64,000 bases of DNA from the NCBI GenBank assembly GCA_944350265.1, contig CALVOG010000002.1:42567-106566 (forward strand). Reading direction: 5' to 3'. This DNA comes from an uncultured Clostridia bacterium (GTDB lineage: Bacteria > Bacillota > Clostridia > Christensenellales > UBA1242). The translations under genes were made by a program, and so were the position numbers. Shown here piece by piece: positions 45,663 through 54,715 of the stretch. The stretch's first letter is position 1; each line of letters starts with the position of its first letter. The notes below the pieces were generated by a model. The model was not told where the DNA came from. It was given only the letters and a program-made list of their open reading frames with translations, and did no database searches.

Positions 45663-46167
45663 GTTCTTCGGGCGATTTATCTTTACTTGAAAGCACCAAA
45701 TCGTAATTTTTCATATCGGTGTTATCTATGCCGTAGAATTTTTGATAGCGCTCATTTTCCGCGTTAAACCGCTCAATTAGCGTGCGTTTTGCCTCGTCAA
45801 CATTCTCATACTTTTCCTTGCCAACGCGGTTAGAAGAGGATAAGCGCTTTGCCATTTCCTCCTCGTCCAAATCTAAGAAAACCTTGAAAGAGTGCGGGAT
45901 AAAATGCCACGCAAGGCGACTGTCGAAAACAATGTTCTTATCCTTCCATAAAACGCCAAGTTCTTTTGTGCGTTCATCAAGGAGGTTGTCGTATTTCGGG
46001 TCGCTCATCAAAAACTTATTGAACTCCTCGCTTGACATATTTCTCTTTTTTGCCTCTTCTTTAAAAATTTCGCCCACCGAATATGTTTCAAAGCCGAACA
46101 TATCTTTCAGCGAGTTTGCCACCGAACTTTTCCCACTGCACGGCTTTCCTGTTAAGGTTATAATCAT
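45616..46167 (-). CDS. P-loop nucleotide kinase, cytidylate-kinase-like family
   Basis: The N-terminal P-loop MIITLTGKPCSGKSS and the 183-aa size fit small NMP kinases. Confidence 0.6.
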   Translation of the reverse strand: MIITLTGKPCSGKSSVANSLKDMFGFETYSVGEIFKEEAKKRNMSSEEFNKFLMSDPKYDNLLDERTKELGVLWKDKNIVFDSRLAWHFIPHSFKVFLDLDEEEMAKRLSSSNRVGKEKYENVDEAKRTLIERFNAENERYQKFYGIDNTDMKNYDLVLSSKDKSPEELATQIYHAYKKHFNI

Positions 46168-46295
46168 ATTTCCTCCTAAAATTAACCACTATTATACCTT
46201 TTCGCGCGCAAAAATGCAATTTTATTTAAAATGTTCTCAAAAAAATTGAAAAATTAAGCGGACTATGCTATACTAAAAAGGTATAGGGAGGAGAT

Positions 46296-47003
46296 ATGGC
46301 AACGCCACACATTAACGCAAGGAAAGGCGACATTGCAAAAGTGGTGATTATGGCTGGCGACCCAGTGCGCGTCAAAAATATGGCAGAAATGTTTTTGAAG
46401 AATCCTAAATGCGTCAGTGACACTCGCGGTATGCTTGCTTACACGGGGCTATATAACAGCAAAAAGGTCACGTTTATGGCGCACGGAATGGGTTGCCCGT
46501 CGATGGGCATTTATTCCTACGAACTTTTTGCGTTTTATGGTGTGGAAAGAATTGTGAGAGTCGGCACGATTGGTGCGCTTAAAAAGGAAGTCGCTCTTAA
46601 AGATATCATAATCGCCAAGAAGTCCTACACTAAAACAAACTACGACGATTTTTACATCAAAAACGGCGCGGGTTTTGTGGAAGGCTCGGCCAAATTATGC
46701 CAAAAAGCGAAAGAAATTTGCGAAAGGAAGAGGTTAAGTTTTCATATTGGAAGCACCTTTTGCTCGGATAATTTCTACACCTCTTTCGACCAAGTGAAAC
46801 TTGCAAAAGAAGAGAATCTCTTGGGAGTGGAAATGGAGGTTGCAGCGCTTTACCTTAACGCACAAAAATTCCAAAAGGAGGCGCTTGCAATGTGCGTCGT
46901 TTCCGACAACGTTGTCACAAACAAGGCACTTTCATCGAGTGCGCGAGCCACAACCTTCAACGAAATTGTGTCGGTTGCCCTATCTGTGGCCTTAGAAAAT
47001 TAA
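46296..47003 (+). CDS. deoD: Purine nucleoside phosphorylase, DeoD type
   Basis: Contains MATPHINARKGDIAKVVIMAGDPVRVKNMAE...MAHGMGCPSMGIYSYEL...GVEMEVAALY. 235 aa. Confidence 0.85.
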   Translation: MATPHINARKGDIAKVVIMAGDPVRVKNMAEMFLKNPKCVSDTRGMLAYTGLYNSKKVTFMAHGMGCPSMGIYSYELFAFYGVERIVRVGTIGALKKEVALKDIIIAKKSYTKTNYDDFYIKNGAGFVEGSAKLCQKAKEICERKRLSFHIGSTFCSDNFYTSFDQVKLAKEENLLGVEMEVAALYLNAQKFQKEALAMCVVSDNVVTNKALSSSARATTFNEIVSVALSVALEN

Positions 47004-47015
47004 AAGGAGAAAAAA

Positions 47016-47795
47016 ATGTTATCTTGCGAAGGAACTGGAAAAAACATCGAACAGGCGATTGAAAACGCCCTTTTCGAACTTAAAGCAACAAGAGAGGATG
47101 TTGACATCAAAATTTTAAATCCGGGCGGATTTTTGAAAAAGGCGAAGGTGCTTGTGACAATTGCGGACGATGCCAAAGAAAAGTATGAGAGAAAGGAAAA
47201 ACTTAAAGAGGCGGAAAGAAAGGAAGAAGTAAAAAACGAAGAAACCTCAGCGTTAAAGGTAGAGAAAAAGGAGGAAAAACAAGAAGAGAGGAAGGTGCAA
47301 ATCGTCACGGACGAGGAATACGTTGTGAAAGAGTCAAAAAAAGAGTGCGAAGAAAAGAATGTTGAGGTGGAAAAACTCTTGCAGGACATTTTAAACGCAC
47401 TCAACTTACAGGCGGAAATCACCAAAACTGAGGACGAGAAATTTGTGCGCTATAACCTTTCAGGCGAAAATTTGAACGACCTTATCGGGCATCACGGCGA
47501 GTGCCTTTTTGCACTCACGTCCTATGTGAACGCGGTATGCCGAAATCACAAAAAGGTGGTTTTGGATGTTGAAAACTATCGCGTGAGAAGAGAGGAGACG
47601 CTTAAAAGCCTTGCTGAACGTATTGCCAACAAGGTTGCAAAAAGCGGAAGATATTATAAGTTCGAGCCTATGGACCCAAGCGAAAGAAGAATCATCCACT
47701 TGGCGCTTCAAAACGACGAAAGGGTGACCACAATGAGTAAGGGCGAAGAGCCAAGGCGCTACCTTATCGTTTTCCCAAGAGAGTATAAAGAATAA
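47016..47795 (+). CDS. khpB: RNA-binding protein Jag/KhpB (Jag_N, KH and R3H domains)
   Basis: The N-terminus GTGKNIEQAIENALFEL is followed by a Lys/Glu-rich linker. The C-terminus FEPMDPSERRIIHLALQNDERVTTMSKGEEPRRYLIV is R3H-like. Confidence 0.85.
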   Translation: MLSCEGTGKNIEQAIENALFELKATREDVDIKILNPGGFLKKAKVLVTIADDAKEKYERKEKLKEAERKEEVKNEETSALKVEKKEEKQEERKVQIVTDEEYVVKESKKECEEKNVEVEKLLQDILNALNLQAEITKTEDEKFVRYNLSGENLNDLIGHHGECLFALTSYVNAVCRNHKKVVLDVENYRVRREETLKSLAERIANKVAKSGRYYKFEPMDPSERRIIHLALQNDERVTTMSKGEEPRRYLIVFPREYKE

Positions 47796-47894
47796 CTTAT
47801 GAAAAAACGCTTATTGCAAAAATTGTAAGTTTAATAACAATATCTGCAAAAATAGTAGCCGATAAAAAACCATAAGCGGACGAAGAGAAATAAA

Positions 47895-47930
47895 ACGCTT
47901 AACACAAAATAATGTGCTGAGCGTTTTTTT
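47895..47930 (+). terminator. Terminator candidate after khpB
   Basis: Imperfect ~10-bp stem ACGCTTAACAC/GTGCTGAGCGT followed by TTTTTTT. Confidence 0.55.
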
Positions 47931-48079
47931 ATAAAACATCAAAAGAACTCTAAAAGGTTATAACAAAAACATACAGTCACTCTTAGAGAAGCAGTTTAAG
48001 TGCGTGCGCGATAAGTGGCGCTTCGGTTAAGCAATCCATTAACGTCACGCTTAAAACTTAACACCTTCGCCATAAACCG

Positions 48080-48922
48080 CTAAAACCTTCGAGTTGTCAG
48101 TTTGTCAAACTCCTTTTGCTCGCTTAAAAGCACCACTTCTTTGATAACGTCATAGGTCATTCCCTTGTGCGTGAAAGAAAGCACATATCGCTTTTGCCAA
48201 ACCTTCTCTTTAACATCCAAACTCTCCTCTTCGTCTTTTGGGAACTCGTGCTTGGTGTCGTTTAGGTCGTATGTGCCGTCAAAGTCAACAAAGCCCTCGT
48301 CGAAAAGTTTGACGCTGATGCCGATGTCCTTATAGTCCACCACCTCAACGGCGAAGATGTTTTCGGTGTCGATTTTAAGCGCGCAACGATTTAAGAACAT
48401 ATAAACATAGTCGAATTTAAAGCAAGGTGTGGAGGACAGCACTTTTTTTTCATTCTCACCAAGCGCCACTCGCCTTAATTTTTCCTCAAATACAAAAATC
48501 GCCTCGCACTTTGCCGATTTAGACTGCGCCGAAAAAGAGGAAAGGTCGTAAAGTTTGAGGTGTTTTTTTAAAAGATTCACCAAACTTTGCGATTCCACAA
48601 TGTGTTTCACATTTAGTTCCTTTAAAAGTTCAAAGTTATCCTCAAGTGCGTCGATGGTTTTGATATTTTCAAAGATTAAGTTCTCGTTAAAATTCTCACT
48701 CTCCACAATCTCCAACTTGCTTTCGCCAAGAAGTTTTGAGAACTCGCTGTTTCCCACTTCCTTGGAAATTTTGTCAATTTTTTTATTATATTTTTGAAAA
48801 ATCAGCCCTGTGATATACTTTGAAAAGCCCTTGTTTTTCTTATCTCTATAATAGAATATGGCGATAACTGCCACAAAAAACACCACAATAAAAATGGTGA
48901 GAACGGTCATCCAAGTTTCCAT
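48080..48922 (-). CDS. Hypothetical membrane-anchored protein (280 aa)
   Basis: Single N-terminal TM (WMTVLTIFIVVFFVAVIAIFYY). GGAGG lies upstream. No family recognised. Confidence 0.55.
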   Translation of the reverse strand: METWMTVLTIFIVVFFVAVIAIFYYRDKKNKGFSKYITGLIFQKYNKKIDKISKEVGNSEFSKLLGESKLEIVESENFNENLIFENIKTIDALEDNFELLKELNVKHIVESQSLVNLLKKHLKLYDLSSFSAQSKSAKCEAIFVFEEKLRRVALGENEKKVLSSTPCFKFDYVYMFLNRCALKIDTENIFAVEVVDYKDIGISVKLFDEGFVDFDGTYDLNDTKHEFPKDEEESLDVKEKVWQKRYVLSFTHKGMTYDVIKEVVLLSEQKEFDKLTTRRF

Positions 48923-49296
48923 AACGCCTCCAAATGTAGTATATCAAAAAAGCGACGTTTTAGGCAAGCAAATAATAAGAGCAAAAAAGTGCGTTTTTAG
49001 GCAAGTAAACAATAAGAGCAAAAAAGTGTGTTTTAGATAATCGAAAAATAAAGTAAAAAAACATTATATTACGCGTTCATAATGAGGTTTTAGGAATGAA
49101 AAAACAAAAGTAAGCAAGGCGACGATAAGAGCAAGCAAAAAAACGACGATTAAGACGAGCGAAAAAGTAGAGCAAGAGAAAATTGCATTTTGTTATTAAG
49201 TCATAACCTAAGCACTTTGGCATCGACAAAGCGAAAGACGAGGAAAATATTTTACAATTTATTATATAACACCAACAAGAAAAAATTTTAGAAAAA

Positions 49297-49349
49297 ACAC
49301 AATATATTGTGATTTTTGTTTGACATTCACACTATATATGTTGTAAAAT
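49297..49349 (+). promoter_or_regulatory. Two NrdR boxes overlapping the nrdD promoter
   Basis: Box 1 is ACACAATATATTGTGA (49297-49312). Box 2 is ACACTATATATGTTGT (49329-49344). Their centres are 32 bp apart. Promoter: TTGACA (49320-49325), an 18-nt spacer, then TAAAAT (49344-49349). Confidence 0.8.
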
Positions 49350-49383
49350 GAGGGTGTAACTTGTGAGATAGGAGGTAGTTAAA

Positions 49384-51543
49384 ATGCAAGTTGTGAAAAG
49401 AAATGGGTCGATTGTTGATTTTGACCAAACGAAAATCGCAAATGCCATCGGCAAGGCGAATAATGAGGTGGATGACGCCGAAAAAGCGTCTGAAGAGGAG
49501 ATTGACACCATCATTAAAGACATCTTGGCGATGAAAAAGAAGCGAATTTTGGTGGAGGACATACAGGACTTCATCGAGGAAAGGCTGATGGCGTATGGTC
49601 ACTATGAACTTGCAAAAAAATATATCATATATAGGTATACTCGCGCGCTTGTGCGAAAGGCGAACACCACCGACCAAACTATTAAGGAACTTATCGACGG
49701 CGAAAGTGAGTATTGGAACACCGAAAACTCGAACAAAAACGCAAGGATTGTCACCACGCAAAGAGATTATCTTGCGGGCATCACCAGCACCGACATCACG
49801 CGCAGATTCTTGCTCCCAGAGGATATTGTTAAAGCGCACGACGAGGGAATTATCCACTTCCACGACGCCGATTATTTTGCGCAAAACGCATTGCACAACT
49901 GCGACTTAATAAACCTTGAAGATATGCTTCAAAACGGCACAAACATCAACGGCGTTATGATTGAAAAACCGCATAAATTTTTAACGGCAATGACGATTGC
50001 AACGCAGATAATAACCGCTGTTACGTCGAGTCAATACGGTGGTGCCACCGTGACAATGACCCACCTTGCGCCGTTTGTGCGAGATAGTTATAACCGCTAT
50101 TTAGAGATGTATCGAAAGAGAGGGCTTGGTGAAAGCGAGTGCGTGAAGTTTGCCAAAGAGGATGTTGCGCGTGAGATTAGAGACGGCGTGCAAACTTTCC
50201 AATATCAAGTCAATTCAATGACCACCACCAACGGACAAGCGCCATTTTTAAGTGTATGCCTCTACCTTGGCGAAACGAAAGAGTATAAAGACGAACTTGC
50301 AATGATAATCGAGGAGATTTTGAAACAGCGCATCCAAGGTATGAAAAACGAAAAAGGCGTTTACATAACCCCAGCGTTCCCAAAACTCCTTTACGTTTTG
50401 GAAGAGGATAACATCCACGAGAACAGCAAGTATTACTACCTCACAAAACTTGCGGCGCAATGCACGGCAAAGCGTATGGTGCCAGACTATATCAGCGAAA
50501 AAATGATGCTGAAGTATAAGATTGATAAAAACGGCAACGGGAATTGTTATCCGTGTATGGGGTGCCGTTCCTTCCTAACGCCGTATGTTGACCCAAAAAC
50601 CAACAAACCAAAATATTACGGCAGGTTTAACCAAGGCGTTGTCACCATAAATCTTGTGGATGTTGCACTTTCGTCGGGCAAAAATGTGGATGAGTTTTGG
50701 AAGATTTATGACGAGAGGTTGGAACTTTGCCACCGCGCGCTTAAGATTAGGCACGAGCGTCTTTCGAAAATCACCAGCGATGTTGCGCCAATTCTTTGGC
50801 AATACGGCGCGCTTGCAAGGCTGGGAAAGGGTGAGAGCGTTCATCCTCTTCTTCACGGCGGGTATTCCACAATTTCGCTTGGCTATGCGGGGCTTTATGA
50901 GTGCGTGAAGTATATGACGGGTCACAGTCACACCGACAACGGCAAGGGCAAGGCGTTTGCGCTCGAAGTTATGCAAAAACTCAACGATAAGTGCAAGGAA
51001 TGGAAGGAAGTGGAGGATATTGATTACAGTGTTTACGGCACGCCAATCGAATCCACAACCTATAAATTCGCCAAAAACCTCAAAAAGCGCTTTGGCATTG
51101 TGAAAGGGATAACTGACAAGGACTATATCACAAACTCCTACCACGTGCCGGTTTTTGAAGAGATTGATGCCTTTTCAAAACTTAAACTTGAAAGCGAGTT
51201 TCAGCGCCTAAGCCCAGGCGGAGCGGTGTCGTATGTGGAAACGCCAAACCTTCAAAACAATTTGGAGGTGGTTATGCAAGTTATTAAGTTTATTTACGAT
51301 AACATTATGTATGCCGAACTTAACACCAAAAGCGATTACTGCCAAAAGTGCGGTTACACAGGCGAAATCTTAATTGACGATAACCTAGAGTGGTATTGCC
51401 CAAATTGTGGCAACCGCGACCACGCCACCCTTAACGTTGCCCGCCGAACGTGTGGATATATCGGCACAAACTTTTGGAACAAGGGCAGGACGCAGGAGAT
51501 TAAGGAGAGAGTTCTTCATATCGACAATAAAGACGACGATTGA
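49384..51543 (+). CDS. nrdD: Anaerobic ribonucleoside-triphosphate reductase
   Basis: N-terminal ATP-cone (MQVVKRNGSIVDFDQTKIANAI). C-terminal Zn ribbon CQKCGY...CPNCGN and glycyl-radical motif RRTCGYIG. Confidence 0.93.
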   Translation: MQVVKRNGSIVDFDQTKIANAIGKANNEVDDAEKASEEEIDTIIKDILAMKKKRILVEDIQDFIEERLMAYGHYELAKKYIIYRYTRALVRKANTTDQTIKELIDGESEYWNTENSNKNARIVTTQRDYLAGITSTDITRRFLLPEDIVKAHDEGIIHFHDADYFAQNALHNCDLINLEDMLQNGTNINGVMIEKPHKFLTAMTIATQIITAVTSSQYGGATVTMTHLAPFVRDSYNRYLEMYRKRGLGESECVKFAKEDVAREIRDGVQTFQYQVNSMTTTNGQAPFLSVCLYLGETKEYKDELAMIIEEILKQRIQGMKNEKGVYITPAFPKLLYVLEEDNIHENSKYYYLTKLAAQCTAKRMVPDYISEKMMLKYKIDKNGNGNCYPCMGCRSFLTPYVDPKTNKPKYYGRFNQGVVTINLVDVALSSGKNVDEFWKIYDERLELCHRALKIRHERLSKITSDVAPILWQYGALARLGKGESVHPLLHGGYSTISLGYAGLYECVKYMTGHSHTDNGKGKAFALEVMQKLNDKCKEWKEVEDIDYSVYGTPIESTTYKFAKNLKKRFGIVKGITDKDYITNSYHVPVFEEIDAFSKLKLESEFQRLSPGGAVSYVETPNLQNNLEVVMQVIKFIYDNIMYAELNTKSDYCQKCGYTGEILIDDNLEWYCPNCGNRDHATLNVARRTCGYIGTNFWNKGRTQEIKERVLHIDNKDDD

Positions 51544-51555
51544 TGCGAGGAAAAA

Positions 51556-52050
51556 ATGAGATATAACAAAATAAGGAAAATGGATATTTCTAACGGCCCG
51601 GGCGTTAGGGTGTCGCTTTTTGTGCAAGGTTGCACCTTTAATTGCAAAAATTGCTTCAACCCTGAAACACACGATTTTAACGACGGAAAGGAATTCACAA
51701 AAGAGACCATCGAACATATTTTGTCACTTTGCGAAAACGAGAATGTGGAAGGGCTTTCGATTTTGGGCGGAGAGCCAATGCATCCAAAAAATATTGACGG
51801 CGTCACGGAACTTGCGCGCGAGTTTAAAAAGCGCTTTCCAAACAAAAATTTGTGGGCGTGGACGGGCTTTTTGTTCGACCAGTATTTGAAGGATAAGGAA
51901 ATTGCCAAATATTTGGATGTGGTGGTCGACGGACAGTATGTGGACGAACTTCACAATTTTCTTTTGAAGTGGCGCGGGTCATCCAATCAGCGCGTTATCG
52001 ACGTGAAGAAGTCGCTGAAAGAAAACAAAGTTGTGGAATTAAAAGACTGA
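51556..52050 (+). CDS. nrdG: Anaerobic RNR activating protein (radical SAM)
   Basis: GPGVRVSLFVQGCTFNCKNCFNPE carries the CxxxCxxC motif. It directly follows nrdD. Confidence 0.9.
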   Translation: MRYNKIRKMDISNGPGVRVSLFVQGCTFNCKNCFNPETHDFNDGKEFTKETIEHILSLCENENVEGLSILGGEPMHPKNIDGVTELAREFKKRFPNKNLWAWTGFLFDQYLKDKEIAKYLDVVVDGQYVDELHNFLLKWRGSSNQRVIDVKKSLKENKVVELKD

Positions 52051-52064
52051 TTTTTGGAGGAAAA

Positions 52065-52508
52065 ATGAATCATATCGATGTTAAAATAAAGAAACTTAAC
52101 GAAAATGCCAAAATCCCAACCTATGGCACAGAATTTTCGGCGGGTGCCGATATTTACGCGTGCATAGATGAGGACGTTAAAATTTTGCCGGGCGCAACGG
52201 CAACCATTAAAACGGGCATCTCGGTGGAAACGCCAGAGGGATTTATGCTCCTTGTGTTTGCGCGCTCGGGGCTCAGTATAAAGCAAGGGCTGGCGCCAGC
52301 AAACAAAGTGGGCGTGGTGGACAGCGACTATCGTGGCGAGGTTATCGTTGCACTTCACAACCATAGTAGCGAGGCGAAGGTTGTTTCAAATGGCGACCGC
52401 GTTGCACAAATGGTTTTTGTGCCGTATTTTAAGGCAAATTTTGAAGAAACCACCTCTCTTTCGAACACGGCGCGTGGTGCAGGAGGCTTCGGCTCCACGG
52501 GGAAATAA
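52065..52508 (+). CDS. dut: dUTP diphosphatase
   Basis: The ATG at 52065 follows GGAGG. Sequence MNHIDVKIKKLNENAKIPTYGTEFSAGADIYA...GVVDSDYRGEV...RGAGGFGSTGK. The upstream part of the track ORF overlaps nrdG. Confidence 0.9.
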   Translation: MNHIDVKIKKLNENAKIPTYGTEFSAGADIYACIDEDVKILPGATATIKTGISVETPEGFMLLVFARSGLSIKQGLAPANKVGVVDSDYRGEVIVALHNHSSEAKVVSNGDRVAQMVFVPYFKANFEETTSLSNTARGAGGFGSTGK

Positions 52509-52667
52509 CCTCTTTAAGCCTAAGAGGTCCACAAAAAAATTAAGTGGCGCTCTCATATAATCTTTTTGATTTGATTATTGTCAACACCAAAATGTTGGCA
52601 ATAATTTTTTTGAATAAAATTTGGTATGGCTGGCGTTGCTTATAAGCGTGATTAAATGAGCGTTCAA

Positions 52668-52777
52668 TTAAGTTGCGTTAAGCGTTTGGTTAAGTTGCGT
52701 TAAGCGTTTGATTAAGTTGCGTTAAGCGTTTGATTAAGTTGCGTTAAGCGTTTGATTAAGTTGCGTTAAGCGTTTGG
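52668..52777 (+). repeat. Five perfect tandem copies of a 22-bp unit (TTAAGTTGCGTTAAGCGTTTGR) in place of a -35 region
   Basis: Units at 52668, 52690, 52712, 52734 and 52756. Degenerate half-units extend upstream to ~52640. An extended -10, TGG-TATAAT, lies at 52794-52802. Confidence 0.9.
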
Positions 52778-52809
52778 AATAATCAAATTTTTGTGGTATA
52801 ATATTCTAT

Positions 52810-53532
52810 ATGTGGCTTTATGTTGTTATAGGTGCAGGAGTTTTGTTTTTCCTAATAATTTGCTTTTGTCTTGCCGTTGCAAACTTTTCCTTTGATAACT
52901 TCAAAGAGAAAAGGGATGAGGCAGGAAGATATCGCGCGCAAAACGGAATGTTTATCAGCGATTTTGTGGAAGAAATCAACGAAAGGTATCTTGGCGGAGC
53001 GCTTTCGGTGAGGCGCGCAGAGGAATTTAGAGACCATTTTGCGCCAAACTATATTGCACTTTCGCCGTCAATAATTTCTTCAAACAGCCTCGCTTCGTTT
53101 GCCATTATTGCGCACGAACTGGGGCACGCTTTGCAGTATAAAAAGGGAGAACTCACAAAACATTGGCAAAGGCGAAGCAAAAATCGAATCCTCGGCAAGT
53201 TCTTTCTTCCGTTTGTTTTGGTGGGCGTTGTGCTTGCTGTTTTAGGGCTTCTTTCCGTGCTTCCAACCTTTGTTATGTATATCGGCATCGGCTTTTTGGG
53301 GCTTGGTTTTGTGATATTCCTTATCGCGTGCTATTCAAAATATTTAGAGATTCGCGTGGAAAAATCGGCGTCGAAATATGGGATGAACTTCTTAAGGGAG
53401 TGTCTCACAAAGGGCGAAGCAAAAATTTGCGAAGAACTTTTAAATTCCGCGCGCCTCACCTATTGGGGCAGTCTTTTTCGCACGATGCTCGGCTGGACGA
53501 TGCTCACCAAAAAAGACAAGATGTTTAATTAG
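52810..53532 (+). CDS. YugP-like putative neutral zinc metallopeptidase (membrane)
   Basis: HExxH motif in AIIAHELGHALQY, an N-terminal TM and central TM helices. The layout resembles the recalled B. subtilis YugP. Confidence 0.7.
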   Translation: MWLYVVIGAGVLFFLIICFCLAVANFSFDNFKEKRDEAGRYRAQNGMFISDFVEEINERYLGGALSVRRAEEFRDHFAPNYIALSPSIISSNSLASFAIIAHELGHALQYKKGELTKHWQRRSKNRILGKFFLPFVLVGVVLAVLGLLSVLPTFVMYIGIGFLGLGFVIFLIACYSKYLEIRVEKSASKYGMNFLRECLTKGEAKICEELLNSARLTYWGSLFRTMLGWTMLTKKDKMFN

Positions 53533-53707
53533 TGTCAAAAAACGCGAAAATTGCATACATAACTTTATTGGAACAAAAAATGTCAAAAATAGTGAAAATA
53601 TATCAATTTTGGTATTGAAATTTAGACTATATTGTTGTATAATAACAATACGTGTTTGCAATAGGCAAAAATTTTAGCGCAAAAAGGCAAAATTAAGGAG
53701 TGAAAAA

Positions 53708-54118
53708 ATGAACAAAAAGCAAATTGACAGGCTTAAATTAATAAAGGAAAAACTTGCAAAGCAACGAAGCGCGTGCGACAGCGTGGAAAGTTCGATGCGA
53801 TATCAATATAACGACCTTTTAAATCTCTTAGAGGGCTATTTTGACGGCGAGTTTAACTCAACTTGGCAAAAGGCAAATCGCACATATGTGGCAACGCTCA
53901 CGCTCATCGACGGCGAATATCCTGTTCTTAAACAGACAATCGAGCGCGAAGTGGGTGGACTCAGGCGTAAGTCCGTTCACAAGGAACTCACCTTCAATAA
54001 AGACGGCACTTTGACCTTCACGCGATACATCGGCAACCACAAAACCGACTTAGTCACAAGAACGGTTTTGAAGAACAACAAAATTCAAACCGAAAATGTC
54101 AGCGTTTTGAAAAAGTAA
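53708..54118 (+). CDS. Hypothetical protein (136 aa)
   Basis: Track ORF with AAGGAG upstream. No family recognised. Confidence 0.5.
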   Translation: MNKKQIDRLKLIKEKLAKQRSACDSVESSMRYQYNDLLNLLEGYFDGEFNSTWQKANRTYVATLTLIDGEYPVLKQTIEREVGGLRRKSVHKELTFNKDGTLTFTRYIGNHKTDLVTRTVLKNNKIQTENVSVLKK

Positions 54119-54341
54119 TTTTCGTGGCGCTTTAAGGCGCGTTTATAGGCAATTTTTCAAAAGTAAGCGCGAATTTAGTGCAAATTTTAAGAGAACAAAA
54201 AAAGAGTGGAGAATATGTTTAAGTTATCCACACTGCAACTAGCCAAGGAAGCGTCTTATTGTTGTTGAAAATTATATAATAAACACACTCTTAAGCGTAT
54301 AACTCAAAACAATAAATTATTTATAAAATCCCACATTTTGT

Positions 54342-54510
54342 TTGACACATTATGAAAAAATGAAGTATAATTAACTTGCAATGATGGAATTGGCAACTCC
54401 GGAGCAAACGCGTGTCGGCGTAAAGACAGAAACGAGGCAAACTTATGTTTGTGAAGTAGGGTGGAACAGCGGTAACACGCCCCTATGCGAAGAGCATAGT
54501 GGGCTTTTTT
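54342..54510 (+). promoter_or_regulatory. Promoter plus T-box leader (Gly specifier candidate) with intrinsic terminator
   Basis: TTGACA (54342-54347), an 18-nt spacer, then TATAAT (54366-54371). Stem I-like start TTGCAATGATGG. GGC followed by A at 54392-54395. T-box core AGTAGGGTGGAACAGCGG (54455-54472). Terminator GCCCCTATGC/GCATAGTGGGC plus T6 (54479-54510). Confidence 0.55.
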
Positions 54511-54715
54511 CATCTTTATAGGTGTTGCCCACAAAAGCGCAAGGGTGGAAAAAATCGATTTTTCAGCTTTAAAATCAATTAGCTTGCGAAAATCAATTAG
54601 CTTGCTAAAACTTAGTGCTTATTCTTGTTTCACCACATCAAAACAACCAAAAAGTTTTGAGAGTAAAATTAAAAGGTGTCATTAGGTTGCGAAAAGCAAA
54701 AAAAAGGAGAAAATT

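Noticed and set aside
52668-52777. The 22-bp array read as a CRISPR array. The same idea was considered for the 31-bp array at 56671-56852.
   Set aside because: The units are directly abutting with no unique spacers. The period is too short and no cas genes are present. They are plain tandem repeats.
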